Assembly: GCA_937898755.1 (NCBI GenBank)
Contig: CALEJU010000036.1
Coordinates: 214,545-278,544 of the forward strand
Length of the DNA stretch: 64,000 bases
Reading direction: 5' to 3'
DNA from: an uncultured Acidobacteriota bacterium
GTDB lineage: Bacteria; Acidobacteriota; Terriglobia; Terriglobales; SCQP01
This document shows positions 27,143 to 36,875 of the stretch, piece after piece. Under the pieces are notes generated by a model. The model was not told the DNA's origin. It saw only the letters and a list, made by a program, of their open reading frames with translations, and searched no databases. The position numbers and the translations under genes were made by a program. Position 1 is the stretch's first letter. Each line of letters starts with the position of its first letter.

Positions 27143-27643
27143 TTATCCGTTGGGTGCCTGGTCGGCATCCATTTCCACTTTCAGAGGAGGAGGCGGAGCA
27201 CGGCGATCAATCTCCTCCTGTCCCCAGCGCGCCAGCACCAGCATCAGCACCAGTTCCGGCACCCAGAAACCGTACAAGAGTGAGTTCAAGATCAGGACGA
27301 AATGCCAGGCAATCGTGGCCCCCAAAGTGCGTGGCTCTCGGAGAACCCGCGCCGGGCGCCCCAGGAGAAGGCTGAAACGACGATTGAGCAGGAACAGCGC
27401 CACCGCGCCGGCCAGCCAAACCGCCATCAGGACGAGGGGCGGGTCATTGGCGATGGTGGCCAGCGCGGCCGTCGCCCGCTGCGCCCGTTCCATGTTGCTG
27501 GTTGGCAGCGGCGGCGCCAGCAGTTGCGGCGCCAGCATAATGACCTCGATCAGGGCGGTGGCCAGATTACAAATGAGCAACACAATCAGGCTGGACTTGA
27601 TGAAGCCACGCCGCTCCGCGCTCAGTTGGGCGTTGTCGATCAT
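27143..27643 (-). CDS. Hypothetical membrane protein (3-4 TM helices)
   Basis: 166 aa. The ATG at 27643 overlaps the hisS stop (ATGA). It ends 10 nt before the aspS start. Hydrophobic segments are SSLIVLLICNLATALIEVIML, PLVLMAVWLAGAVALFLL and IAWHFVLILNSLLYGFWVPELVLMLVL. Confidence 0.55.
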   Translation of the reverse strand: MIDNAQLSAERRGFIKSSLIVLLICNLATALIEVIMLAPQLLAPPLPTSNMERAQRATAALATIANDPPLVLMAVWLAGAVALFLLNRRFSLLLGRPARVLREPRTLGATIAWHFVLILNSLLYGFWVPELVLMLVLARWGQEEIDRRAPPPPLKVEMDADQAPNG

Positions 27644-28950
27644 AGCCTTCCTGCGCTTTTCAGGTTAGCTGCGGCTGCCGTCTCCCGCGCCTCCGCCTCA
27701 AGGGTGGCGATCAGTGCGGAACGCGGAATCGTTTGCTGCACGCCGTCGGCCAAGCGCTTCACCTGCACCACGCCCAGGTTGAGCTCCGTCTCGCCGAGGA
27801 TTAATGCCCACCGCGCCTGACTCCGCGCCGCCAGCTCCATCTGCCGCCCCAGCTTCCGCCCGGCTTCCCCGACTTCGCAGGCCAACCCGGCGGCGCGAAG
27901 CTCCCGAGCCAGGGCGAGAGCGGCAGCTTGTTGTTCCACCCCGGGTACGGCGATAAAGGCTGCCGAACCACCGGGCAGGACTCCGGCTGCCTCCCGGGCG
28001 GCTTGCAGCGCGATCACGAAGCGATCTTCGCCGATGGCAAAGCCGATTCCCGCCCCGGCCGCCTTGGGTCCACCCAGCGCTTCGACCAGACCATCGTAGC
28101 GTCCCCCCCCGAGAAGCGCGTTCTGGCCGCCCAATGAACTCTGAACGAATTCAAACGCTGTCCGCGTGTAATAGTCGAGCCCCCGCACCAGCCGCGGGGC
28201 CAGCGTAAACGGAACACCCCCGCCCCGCAACAAGCATTGCACCTCGGCAAAATGCGCCCTGCACTCCGTGCACAGATAAGCGTCCAGCGTCGGCAGCTGG
28301 GCGATGATCGGCTGGTCCTCCTCCACCTTGCAATCCAACACGCGCATCGGGTTGGTGACGGCCCGCCGCTGGCAATCCCCGCACAAGGATGGCAACACGG
28401 GTTCCAGCTTCGCACGCAACGCGGCAAGATACTGCGGGCGGTCGGCACTGCATCCCACGGAATTCAGCAGCAGTTCCCATCCCGTGATGCGGGCACGCTC
28501 GAGCAGTGTACAGAGCATCTCCAGCACTTCGTAATCAACTTGAGGCAGCGGACTTCCCAGCACCTCGGCACCGATCTGGCTGAACTGACGGTAACGGCCC
28601 TTCTGGGGACGCTCGCGCCGGAACATGGGGCCGATGTAATACAAACGTGTGACGCTGGCTCGTTCCCAAAGTCGATGCGCCACATACGCGCGCACCACCG
28701 AGGCGGTGGCCTCCGGACGCAGCGTCAATGACGTGTCATCGCGGTCCGAAAAGGTGTACATCTCCTTGCTCACGATGTCCGTGGCTTCGCCCACGGAGCG
28801 GGAAAACAGCTCGGTGCGCTCGAAGATCGGCGTGCGAATCTCAGAAAAACGATAAAGCTGCAGCACCTCGCGCGCCAGCGCTTCCACTTCAAGGAAGAGG
28901 TCGCTTTCCGGAGGGAGGATATCGCGTGTGCCTTTGATGGAGGGGATCAT
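27640..28950 (-). CDS. hisS: Histidine--tRNA ligase
   Basis: 436 aa. GTRDILP, class II motifs (FRRERPQKGRYRQFSQIG, GGGRYDGL) and a C-terminal anticodon-binding domain. Confidence 0.95.
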   Translation of the reverse strand: MIPSIKGTRDILPPESDLFLEVEALAREVLQLYRFSEIRTPIFERTELFSRSVGEATDIVSKEMYTFSDRDDTSLTLRPEATASVVRAYVAHRLWERASVTRLYYIGPMFRRERPQKGRYRQFSQIGAEVLGSPLPQVDYEVLEMLCTLLERARITGWELLLNSVGCSADRPQYLAALRAKLEPVLPSLCGDCQRRAVTNPMRVLDCKVEEDQPIIAQLPTLDAYLCTECRAHFAEVQCLLRGGGVPFTLAPRLVRGLDYYTRTAFEFVQSSLGGQNALLGGGRYDGLVEALGGPKAAGAGIGFAIGEDRFVIALQAAREAAGVLPGGSAAFIAVPGVEQQAAALALARELRAAGLACEVGEAGRKLGRQMELAARSQARWALILGETELNLGVVQVKRLADGVQQTIPRSALIATLEAEARETAAAANLKSAGRL

Positions 28951-28992
28951 GCTTTCACGTTGCCGGCCTCGCTTGCGGCGGGAAGGCGTCTT

Positions 28993-29508
28993 CTACAGCT
29001 TGCGGCCCAGGTAGCGGTCCTTGTAGACGACGTAATTGGACGCGTACCGACGGATCGTGGCCAGATCGTCCGCTCCCAGCTCCCGTTTCCGTCGCGCCGG
29101 CATCCCCATGAACAGGCTGCGCGGTGGAACGATCGTGTCTTCTGTCACCAGGGCGCCGGCGGCGACGATGGAGCCGGCGCCAATCCGGGCCCCGTTCAGC
29201 ACAATCGCGCCGATACCGATCAGGCATTCATCTTCCACCGTGCAGCCGTGCAGGTTGACGGAATGTCCCACACTGACGCGGTCACCGAGAACCAGGGGAT
29301 GTGTCCCGGTCATGACGTGCAACACGCAATTGTCCTGCACGTTGGTTTCCCGCCCGATGCGAATGGTGTTCACGTCCCCTCGCACCACGGCGTTGAACCA
29401 GACGCTGGAGTCCTCGCCAATCATCACATCGCCCACCACCTGCGCACTCTCCTCGATAAACGCCGAGGCGGCAATCTTGGGGTGCGTTCCGAGATAACTT
29501 TTCAACAC
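28993..29508 (-). CDS. Gamma-carbonic-anhydrase-like / hexapeptide-repeat (LbH) family protein
   Basis: The track ORF (to 29862) carries an implausible 118-aa leader. GTG at 29508 (VLKSYLGTHPKIAASAFIEESAQVVGDVMIGEDSSVWFNAVVRGDVNTIRIGRETNVQDNCVLHV) aligns with the usual N-terminus of YrdA/YtoA-type proteins and has GGAAGG 11 nt upstream. Alternative ATG starts lie at 29562 and 29574. Confidence 0.85.
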   Translation of the reverse strand: MLKSYLGTHPKIAASAFIEESAQVVGDVMIGEDSSVWFNAVVRGDVNTIRIGRETNVQDNCVLHVMTGTHPLVLGDRVSVGHSVNLHGCTVEDECLIGIGAIVLNGARIGAGSIVAAGALVTEDTIVPPRSLFMGMPARRKRELGADDLATIRRYASNYVVYKDRYLGRKL

Positions 29509-29611
29509 GCGGGCGAACCTTCCCGGAATGGCGACATCCCTGCCGCCCTTCGGCAACCCCATGACGGCGCGCATCCCATTGAATTTACAAGGGTAACATA
29601 GGGTTTTACGC

Positions 29612-30718
29612 ATGGCGGACCGGACACCACAACAATGGCGTATCGCGCTGCTGGACGAGGCCCAGCGCCTCGAGTTTGACCTCGCCGGCGTGGCCTCGGT
29701 CGACGAGTTTCCGGACCTGCGCCATTTTGCCGACTGGATCACGCAGGGACGATCCGGCGAGATGCAATATCTTGCCCGCCGCCGCGAACACGCCTCTTCC
29801 ACGAACGCGACACTTGCCCCGACCGATGACGCGTCCTCCACCCCGTACCTGCGCGAGGACATCCGGCATGTGTTCCCATGGGCTCGTTCCGTGATTTGTT
29901 GCGGCCTGCTCTACAACTCCCCCTACCCGCACTCAACCGAGTGCCACTCGGCAACGCGCGGCTGGATCTCACGCTACGCCTGGGGCGACGACTATCACGC
30001 CGTACTGCTGGATCGAATGCGGCATCTCGCATTGTTCCTGCAGGAAGCATCGGGCGAAACGGCGGCACGCGTCTACGTGGACACCGGCCCGCTGGTCGAG
30101 CGGGCATACGCTGCGCGCGCCGGCTTGGGCTGGATCGGCAAGAACACCTGCCTGATTCATGAAGAGGTGGGCTCGTTCTTTTTCCTGGGCGCGCTGATCA
30201 CCGACCTCGACATCGCCGGCGACAGTCCGCTACCTGACCGTTGCGGGAGTTGTACGCGCTGCCTTGAAGCGTGCCCCACCGGGGCGCTCGACCGGCCGTA
30301 TCAGATGGACGCCAGCCGCTGCATCGCCTACCTCAATATCGAGCTGCGCAGCAGCGTGCCCGAGGAGTTACGCCCCCATCTGGGACACCAAGTGGTGGGC
30401 TGTGACATCTGTCAGGATGTCTGCCCATGGAACAGGGAAGCGCCCGTCACCACAGCCCCGCTCTTTCAGCCGCGTTCCGGTTTCTTTCATCCTGAGCTTG
30501 AGGATTTGGCCGCAATGGACGAAGAACAATTTCGCGACCGCTTCCGCGGCTCAGCGGTCAAGCGCGTGAAATACCGCGGCTTCTTGCGCAATGTCGCCCT
30601 TGCCATGGGCAACAGCGGTTTACCGAGCTTCCGCCCGACTTTGGAACGGCTGGCCACCGCTCCGGACGAGGTGGTCGTCGAAGCGGCGCGCTGGGCTTTG
30701 GACCAACTCACGGGTTGA
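29612..30718 (+). CDS. queG: Epoxyqueuosine reductase QueG
   Basis: 368 aa. Two 4Fe-4S motifs (CGSCTRCLEACPTGA, CDICQDVCPWN) and C-terminal HEAT-like repeats. Overall QueG layout. Confidence 0.9.
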   Translation: MADRTPQQWRIALLDEAQRLEFDLAGVASVDEFPDLRHFADWITQGRSGEMQYLARRREHASSTNATLAPTDDASSTPYLREDIRHVFPWARSVICCGLLYNSPYPHSTECHSATRGWISRYAWGDDYHAVLLDRMRHLALFLQEASGETAARVYVDTGPLVERAYAARAGLGWIGKNTCLIHEEVGSFFFLGALITDLDIAGDSPLPDRCGSCTRCLEACPTGALDRPYQMDASRCIAYLNIELRSSVPEELRPHLGHQVVGCDICQDVCPWNREAPVTTAPLFQPRSGFFHPELEDLAAMDEEQFRDRFRGSAVKRVKYRGFLRNVALAMGNSGLPSFRPTLERLATAPDEVVVEAARWALDQLTG

Positions 30719-30763
30719 CTCCCGTGGCGCCCCCTGTGGATCACAACGTGCCTATCACAATCC

Positions 30764-30790
30764 AACAACCAACATCTGCGTTTGGTTGTT
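30764..30790. terminator. Hairpin between convergent queG and oxidoreductase genes (possible bidirectional terminator)
   Basis: AACAACCAA-N9-TTGGTTGTT, a 9-bp perfect stem, in the 88-nt convergent intergenic region. It lacks a strong U-tract. Confidence 0.3.
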
Positions 30791-30806
30791 CATTGTTAGC
30801 CCCGCC

Positions 30807-32165
30807 TCAGACCAGCTTCATAGCCTCCGGATCCCAGTTCACCACCTTGCCGCTGAAATAGCTGCGGTTGGATAGCAGCGCCGCCCCCGCCGCCCGATAG
30901 CCGAATACCGGGTCCTCAACCACCGGCCGTCGCGATCGTACGGCATGGAAAAAGTTCGTCAGGTGATCGAAGCTGTCGCTGTATCCGGAGTTCACCGCAA
31001 AGCGTTCCTGTGTGGTGTTCGGCGTCACGCCGTATGGCTCGGGCGGGTACTTGGCGTGGTACTCGGCCAGGAACTTCTGTTGCATCGCCTCGGTGAACGT
31101 CCCGATGGTGTAGCCGGACGCCTTGGGGCGGGGCACCTTGGTGACCGTTACGCCGCCGCCATTCACCTCCATGGTGCCCTCCGAGCCAACGAAGACCAGG
31201 GCTTCGCTTTCCGCCCCGCCATTGACGAAGTTCACGCGCAGGCTGAGGTTGAAGCCCTGCGGATAATCAAACAGCCCAAGCATGACGTCGGGAACATCCC
31301 GCCCATCCTTCCAGAAGCGCAGACCGCCGGTGGCCATGCCACGCGTCGGCCCGTGCGAACCCGTGATGAAGTGCGTCCCGCTAAACAGGTGAACGAAAAG
31401 GTCTCCCGCCACGCCGGTCCCGTACGCTTGCCAGCATCGCCACCGGAAGAAATGCTCCGGATTGAACGGGATGTGAGGCGCATTTCCAAGGAAACGCTCC
31501 CAGTCAATCGTCGTCGGCGAGGCATCAGGTGGGATGGAGTATTCCCAGGCACCCATGGCCGAATTGCGGTCCCACCACGCGTTCACCATGTTGAGCTCGC
31601 CAATGGCTCCCGCCGCCAGAAGTTCCTGCGCCTTGCGGTAAATGATCGAACTCACGCGCTGGCTTCCGACCTGCAGAAGGCGCCCTGTCCGCCGGGCCGT
31701 CTCGATGATCAACGGTCCGTCGTCATAGGTGTGGATCATCGGCTTTTCCAGATAGACGTCTTTGCCCGCCTCCATCGCCGCAACCGCTGCGGGACGATGC
31801 CAATGATCCGGCGTGGCAATGATCACCGCATCAATGTCGGGTCGCGCCAGAACCTCGCGGAAGTCGCGGGTGGTGAAGATGTCCTTGCCCCACAGTTCCT
31901 GCGCGCGCGCCCGTCGCCGGTCGTAGCAATCCGCCACCGCGACCAACCGGACTCCCGGTACACGCAGCGACGTTGCGGTATCACCCATTCCCTGCCCGCC
32001 GGCTCCGATCAAAGCGAAGTGGACCTGATCATTGACGCCGCGCTCGGGCTGCACTTCGCCCACCTCCTCGGCTAGAACGTGCGTGCGCAGCGAGCCGGAA
32101 ACCAAGGAACCGGCAGTAACCAGGCTTCCTGTCTTGAGGAAGCTGCGGCGAGTGGGATCGTTCAT
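30807..32165 (-). CDS. Gfo/Idh/MocA family oxidoreductase with Tat signal
   Basis: 452 aa. Twin-arginine leader (MNDPTRRSFLKTGSLVTAGSLV), Rossmann motif (FALIGAGGQGMGD) and a GFO_IDH_MocA C-terminal region. Confidence 0.88.
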   Translation of the reverse strand: MNDPTRRSFLKTGSLVTAGSLVSGSLRTHVLAEEVGEVQPERGVNDQVHFALIGAGGQGMGDTATSLRVPGVRLVAVADCYDRRRARAQELWGKDIFTTRDFREVLARPDIDAVIIATPDHWHRPAAVAAMEAGKDVYLEKPMIHTYDDGPLIIETARRTGRLLQVGSQRVSSIIYRKAQELLAAGAIGELNMVNAWWDRNSAMGAWEYSIPPDASPTTIDWERFLGNAPHIPFNPEHFFRWRCWQAYGTGVAGDLFVHLFSGTHFITGSHGPTRGMATGGLRFWKDGRDVPDVMLGLFDYPQGFNLSLRVNFVNGGAESEALVFVGSEGTMEVNGGGVTVTKVPRPKASGYTIGTFTEAMQQKFLAEYHAKYPPEPYGVTPNTTQERFAVNSGYSDSFDHLTNFFHAVRSRRPVVEDPVFGYRAAGAALLSNRSYFSGKVVNWDPEAMKLV

Positions 32166-32280
32166 CGTAAAGCTCTCCTATGCGAAGCACTCCTCTGCGG
32201 TGGGCGCGAATGGTTCCCGCACACCAAGGCCGCCCCATTATGAATGGTTCGGAGCCGTTTTGTGCATGGCGCAGACAGTG

Positions 32281-33519
32281 TCAGGGCTTGGCGGCTGCCA
32301 GCTCTGGATCCGAGGGGTTGGCGGCGCGTGCCGCCGCCAGGACTCGCATTGCAGCCTGCTCTTGACCGGCCGCTCGCAAAAGCCGGATCAGCGCCAGGGC
32401 GGACTCGGCATCGCCGGGGTGTAAGGCCAAGGCCAGAGCATATTCCGCCCGGCTGGTTGTCGTATCGTGCAGCCGCTCCGATACCAATCCAAGCAGATAG
32501 TGCGCTTCCGGATTGACCGGATCAGACTGCAGTGCGGCCTGAAACTCCTGTCGGGCTTCCGGGAAATGCCGGATTGAGTAGAGCACCTTACCCTTGCCGA
32601 GGTGCGATGCCACGTCGCTGGAGTCGAGATCCAGTGCTGCGTTATACGTCGTAAGCGCGGCGGGCAGCTGATTCGCCAAGGCTGCCTGCTCCCCCTGCTG
32701 AGTCAAGGCAGCTACCTGTGCCCGCCGCTTTTCGCTGCCGCTTCGCGTAGCGGACAGTTCCGCCACGTGCTGCCGTTCTTGTGCGCTGGAGCCTGCCTTT
32801 CCTTCCCTGGCCAAAACGCGCGCCAAGGCGACATGAGCGGCGATGCGATCGGGCGCCAGACGTACGGCGTCCCGAAGCGCTCCTTCCGCCTCCGTCAGGT
32901 GATGCAGTTGTTCCAGCAGCAGGCCGCGTAACAGTGCGGTCTGTGCCGAAACCCCAACGATGCGTTGTGCGGCATCGAGATGACGCAAGGCGATAGAGTA
33001 CGACCCACGGTCATTCTCGACCACCGCCAGTGAGTACTGCGCGGCCGCAAACTGTGGCCACTGTCGGGTGAGACGCTGCAGTATTTCCCGCGCCTCTTCC
33101 TCTTCTCCCAACGTGATCGCCACGGTGGCCTGCTGATACAGTAAGTCCCGGTCCCCGGGCCAGCGTTTTAATGCTCGGTGCAGTGTGGCGGCAGCCGTGG
33201 TAAATGCGCCATTTTCCGACTGTGCCTGAACAAGGACCGTCCATGCCTCGCGGCTCTCGGGGTGCCGCCGAATCACGTTCAGGAGGCGCGCAGCCGCCAC
33301 CTGCGGGGCGTGCAATTGCAACAGCGCCTCCGCCGCGGCTAGCTCGTCCCTCAACGAGCCGTCCGCACCCACGCGCACCAGTTCCTGCAGGGAGGCAAGG
33401 GCGTCGTTTCCCCCATTGCGCTGTTGCCTTGAAAAGCCGGCTATGGGAACAAGCGAAGAAACGGTCAGAGCGAGCAGAACGCGCCCGACGCGAATTCCTC
33501 CCCTGCCCTGCCGCGGCAT
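32281..33519 (-). CDS. Tetratricopeptide (TPR) repeat protein, secreted
   Basis: Repeated TPR-like A/L-rich helical pairs run throughout. I prefer the ATG at 33519 (MPRQGRGGIRVGRVLLALTVSSLVPIAG, signal-like) because the longer track ORF would run across the upstream terminator hairpin. Confidence 0.7.
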   Translation of the reverse strand: MPRQGRGGIRVGRVLLALTVSSLVPIAGFSRQQRNGGNDALASLQELVRVGADGSLRDELAAAEALLQLHAPQVAAARLLNVIRRHPESREAWTVLVQAQSENGAFTTAAATLHRALKRWPGDRDLLYQQATVAITLGEEEEAREILQRLTRQWPQFAAAQYSLAVVENDRGSYSIALRHLDAAQRIVGVSAQTALLRGLLLEQLHHLTEAEGALRDAVRLAPDRIAAHVALARVLAREGKAGSSAQERQHVAELSATRSGSEKRRAQVAALTQQGEQAALANQLPAALTTYNAALDLDSSDVASHLGKGKVLYSIRHFPEARQEFQAALQSDPVNPEAHYLLGLVSERLHDTTTSRAEYALALALHPGDAESALALIRLLRAAGQEQAAMRVLAAARAANPSDPELAAAKP

Positions 33520-33601
33520 GAAGCGAGCCGGAACCTTGCCGCCCCAGGCGTTGTGCTGCGTGGCGTTGCCCAATGCTCGACTCCTGGCCGACGCTGACCA
33601 C

Positions 33602-33637
33602 AATAAAAACGGGAAGGAAGCCCACGGCTTCCTTCCC
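33602..33637 (-). terminator. Rho-independent terminator after the TonB-dependent-receptor-like gene
   Basis: Minus strand: GGGAAGGAAGCC-GTG-GGCTTCCTTCCC (12-bp perfect stem) followed by GTTTTTATT, starting 22 nt after the stop at 33659. Confidence 0.85.
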
Positions 33638-33658
33638 GTGAATGAACCGCGCTCCTGA

Positions 33659-36600
33659 TCAGAAAGAATAGCGGATGGAAGCCAGTGCACTGAATGGCTG
33701 ATACCCGGCGCCGGGCTGACCGCCGAAGCTGATGAAGTTGCTCGGAGCGGTTGTCAACGACGTTCCCGTGACCGCGTAGTTCTTGGTCGAAAGAAGATTA
33801 AAGAAATCGACCCGCAAGTCGAGTTTCTGTTTCTCGTTGACCTTAAACGCGCGGGCCACCCGAAAATCAGTGTTGAAAAAGCGCGGTCCGCGGAGCGCAT
33901 TGCGCCGCATCAGCGCCCCATTGATCAATGGGCGATCGTTGAACGTGCCGTCGCCGTTGCCACCGCCGAGCACCGTCTCACCGGCCGGGTCGTGCAACAG
34001 CGACAGTAACCGGGCGGCGTTGGCCGCCGCAACCGCCGTACTGGTGGGCGAATCAGAACCAGTGGTAACGGTGAACGGCGCCCCGGAATCGAAGGTGACC
34101 ACCGGGCTCAGTTCCAGGGTGTGGAAATGAAAGATGCCGTTCATCACGAACTGATGGCGCACGTCCAGGCTGGACGGAGCGTAATCGAGGTTGGCGAAGG
34201 GGTCGTAGTAGCTCAAGCCGTTGGCCGAGCGCTCGTTGTCGTCAGAACTGTAATCGCGCGCTTCCGTGTAATAGGCCTGCATCTGGTAGCCATGGCTGAA
34301 CCGCTTTTGCAGGCCGAAGTTGGCGGCGTAGTAGCGGGCCCGTTCCGAGCTCTCGACCACGATGACCCGCCCCACCTTGTCGATGACAGGATTCCCCGCC
34401 GCGTCCTGGCGGGTTGGATCCTGGAAGGTGATGGGACGGTTCTTTGTGTTGTAGACGCAACGGCCCGACCCGGTCGCGACCCCGTTGGCGCCGACTACAA
34501 TGGGATTTGGCACGCACGGGGATAGGTTCACATCGCGGAGACGTTCCAAGTGCACCGTGTCGGCCAGGCTGTACGTCGCCGTGGCCGTCCATCCGTTGGC
34601 AAACTGGTGCTCGTAACTCGTTCCCACCCGGATGGTGCGAGAGTTCTTGAAATTGAGGGCGAATTCGTTGACGTCGGCACCAGGGATAGTGCCGTAAGGC
34701 ACCGGTGCCGCACCGGGGAAACCCGCCAACGGCGTCGGGAACGGCCCCCCGGGGGGGTAGGTGAAAGCGGGCAGAGCGTTGGGCGGCGCCGAGTAAGCAA
34801 AGCCGCTCGCTACATCCCCGTTGGAGGCCAGCGTATTGAAGAATTGCAAGGCCGGGTTGTGCGAGTAAAACGTTCCGCCGTTCACACGCAGAATGTCACG
34901 ACTGTGCCCGAAGGGATCCCAGGCAATGCCGAGGCGGGGCGCAAACATGTGCGTGTCGCTGGGGATCCTACGGGTACCCGGCGTGAACTGCGGCGTCCGG
35001 TTGGGCGTGGGATTTCTCGGGTTGAGCTGCGCTTCCCAGCGCAGACCATAGTCCAGGGTCAGACGCGGGTTCACCTTGAACGTGTCCTGCGCGTACAGCG
35101 CCGGCTCGTTCATGCGGGCGCCGCTGATCGTCCCCGGACCGAAGAACTCCGTGAATGACCGCGGGGTCTGCGCGGCAAATGCGGCGAAGCTGGCAAAGTT
35201 CCAATTGCCGCGCGCGTTGCCGCGAAACGTCTCGTTCACCGTGTTCTGGTTGAAGTCCCCCCCGACTTTAATGTCGTGCTTGCCGAATTGATAACTGAAA
35301 TTGTCGGTGTACTGCAATCGGTAATCGGTCTCGGGAATCGGCAGAAAGAATACCGCACCCAGGTTGCCGACCCCGCCAATGCTGACCGCCGCCCCGTCGC
35401 TGACGCCATTGGCCGTCCCCGCACCCGCGACAGGCACGTTGAATCGCGGTCGCGTCTCGTAGTTGAAGTGCTCGCGGAATTCGTTGACTGCGTGGGGTGA
35501 GACGACCAGGTTCCATTGCCCCACCACCTCATGGTTGAAGTCCTTCTCGAGACCGTTTGCGGTGGGAGCGCTGTTCGTAACATGCGCCGCACCGCCGGTG
35601 TTGGTACCGTCCTGTTGGGTGGAATGACTCCAGTTGTAGCGGAAATTGTAGTTGCTGCGCTCACTCTGGTAGTAGTCAACTTTGCCCAGTGCCGAGTACA
35701 GGTTGTTGGTCCCCAAGATGTCGTGCTGCTGCGCCAAAATCGCCGCCGCCGCCGCGACTTGCGCGGGGTTGGCCGGGTCTGCCGTGAAGGGATTGAACCG
35801 CACGTGAATCGGGAAGAACTCGCGCTGATTATCGCTGGCGCCAAAAAAGAACAGCTTATTCGTGATGATCTTGCCGCCCAAAGCACCGCCGAACTGTTGG
35901 CGGCGTCCGGAGGGCTTATTGCCGAACTCGTCGTGCCGCATCCAATTGTGCGGCCGCAAATAGTAGAACCCGTCGCCGTGCAGGTTGTTGGTCCCAGATT
36001 TCGTCACCACCGTCACCAGGCCACCTTGGGAACGGCCGAACTCGGCATTGAAGCCGTTGTTCTGCACAACAAATTCTTGAATCGCGTCTTCACTGACCGA
36101 GAATGGCGGCCGATCGCCACCAGTCTGCCCTCCGAAGAAAGGATTGTTGCGGTCGGCGCCGTCAATCGTGTAGTTGGTATTGATGCCCTTGCCCCCACCA
36201 ATGGACTGATTGTTGCGATCCTGACTGCGGATCGCTCCCGGAGTCAGAAAGACGAAGTTGGCGAAGGCGCGATCCGCCAAAGGCAGGTCGGTAATGGACT
36301 CTTGTCCGACCCGCGAGCTGGGTTCCGACTGCGTGCTATTGAGTTCCGGCGCCTCGGCGGTCACATTCACGGCCGTCGTGCTGGTGCTGAGCTTGAGCAC
36401 TTGGTTGACCGTGATCAGGGCCGAGAGCTCCACCTGCAAGTTCTTGATGCTGGCGGTCTGAAACCCGGCCTTGCTGATGGTCAGCGTGTAATGCCCCACC
36501 GGCAGCAGGGGCAGACTGAAGCGGCCAGTGGCATCGGTGGTACTGGTCCGTACGACACCCGTCTCATCGCTTTGCAGGGCCACGGCGGCATTGGGAATGA

Positions 36601-36733
36601 CCGCGCCGCTGGCGTCGGTGATAGTCCCTTCCATCGAACCGGTGGTGGCCGCCACCTGACCCCAGACCGGAACTGCCAGCGCACCCAACACCCCGACCAG
36701 CAACACTACTCCCCAGCAACGCAATGCCCTCAT
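33659..36733 (-). CDS. TonB-dependent-receptor-like outer membrane protein with N-terminal carboxypeptidase-regulatory-like domain
   Basis: ATG at 36733 (MRALRCWGVVLLVGVLGALAVPVWGQ, signal peptide). CarboxypepD_reg-like segment (GTITDASGAVIPNAAVALQSDETGVVRTSTTDATGRFSLPLLPVGHYTLTISKAGF), plug-like region, long beta-barrel body and a terminal aromatic residue (IRYSF). Confidence 0.85.
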   Translation of the reverse strand: MRALRCWGVVLLVGVLGALAVPVWGQVAATTGSMEGTITDASGAVIPNAAVALQSDETGVVRTSTTDATGRFSLPLLPVGHYTLTISKAGFQTASIKNLQVELSALITVNQVLKLSTSTTAVNVTAEAPELNSTQSEPSSRVGQESITDLPLADRAFANFVFLTPGAIRSQDRNNQSIGGGKGINTNYTIDGADRNNPFFGGQTGGDRPPFSVSEDAIQEFVVQNNGFNAEFGRSQGGLVTVVTKSGTNNLHGDGFYYLRPHNWMRHDEFGNKPSGRRQQFGGALGGKIITNKLFFFGASDNQREFFPIHVRFNPFTADPANPAQVAAAAAILAQQHDILGTNNLYSALGKVDYYQSERSNYNFRYNWSHSTQQDGTNTGGAAHVTNSAPTANGLEKDFNHEVVGQWNLVVSPHAVNEFREHFNYETRPRFNVPVAGAGTANGVSDGAAVSIGGVGNLGAVFFLPIPETDYRLQYTDNFSYQFGKHDIKVGGDFNQNTVNETFRGNARGNWNFASFAAFAAQTPRSFTEFFGPGTISGARMNEPALYAQDTFKVNPRLTLDYGLRWEAQLNPRNPTPNRTPQFTPGTRRIPSDTHMFAPRLGIAWDPFGHSRDILRVNGGTFYSHNPALQFFNTLASNGDVASGFAYSAPPNALPAFTYPPGGPFPTPLAGFPGAAPVPYGTIPGADVNEFALNFKNSRTIRVGTSYEHQFANGWTATATYSLADTVHLERLRDVNLSPCVPNPIVVGANGVATGSGRCVYNTKNRPITFQDPTRQDAAGNPVIDKVGRVIVVESSERARYYAANFGLQKRFSHGYQMQAYYTEARDYSSDDNERSANGLSYYDPFANLDYAPSSLDVRHQFVMNGIFHFHTLELSPVVTFDSGAPFTVTTGSDSPTSTAVAAANAARLLSLLHDPAGETVLGGGNGDGTFNDRPLINGALMRRNALRGPRFFNTDFRVARAFKVNEKQKLDLRVDFFNLLSTKNYAVTGTSLTTAPSNFISFGGQPGAGYQPFSALASIRYSF

Positions 36734-36856
36734 GTGAACCCTCCGGATCGTTTTCTCGACCAATCTTCTCGACCATCGCCGGCCCACACGTGCCGCACGT
36801 GGCCTTCGCGCGAAGCGAGAATACCATTTCATTCGGTGACTGGCATGGGAAAACTA

Positions 36857-36875
36857 GGTGACACGGCGGTGACAC
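36857..36875. repeat. Direct repeat GGTGACAC x2 with 11-bp period, upstream of the receptor gene
   Basis: ggtgacac-ggc-ggtgacac at 36857-36864 and 36868-36875, 124-142 nt upstream of the 36733 start. Possible response-regulator-type site. Confidence 0.25.

Noticed and set aside
25339-27375. 678-aa plus-strand ORF, the longest unexplained ORF in the track
   Set aside because: It lies exactly antisense to aspS, which has unambiguous class II synthetase motifs. Its translation is Arg/Gln/His-rich low-complexity sequence with no family resemblance. This is a typical high-GC shadow ORF.
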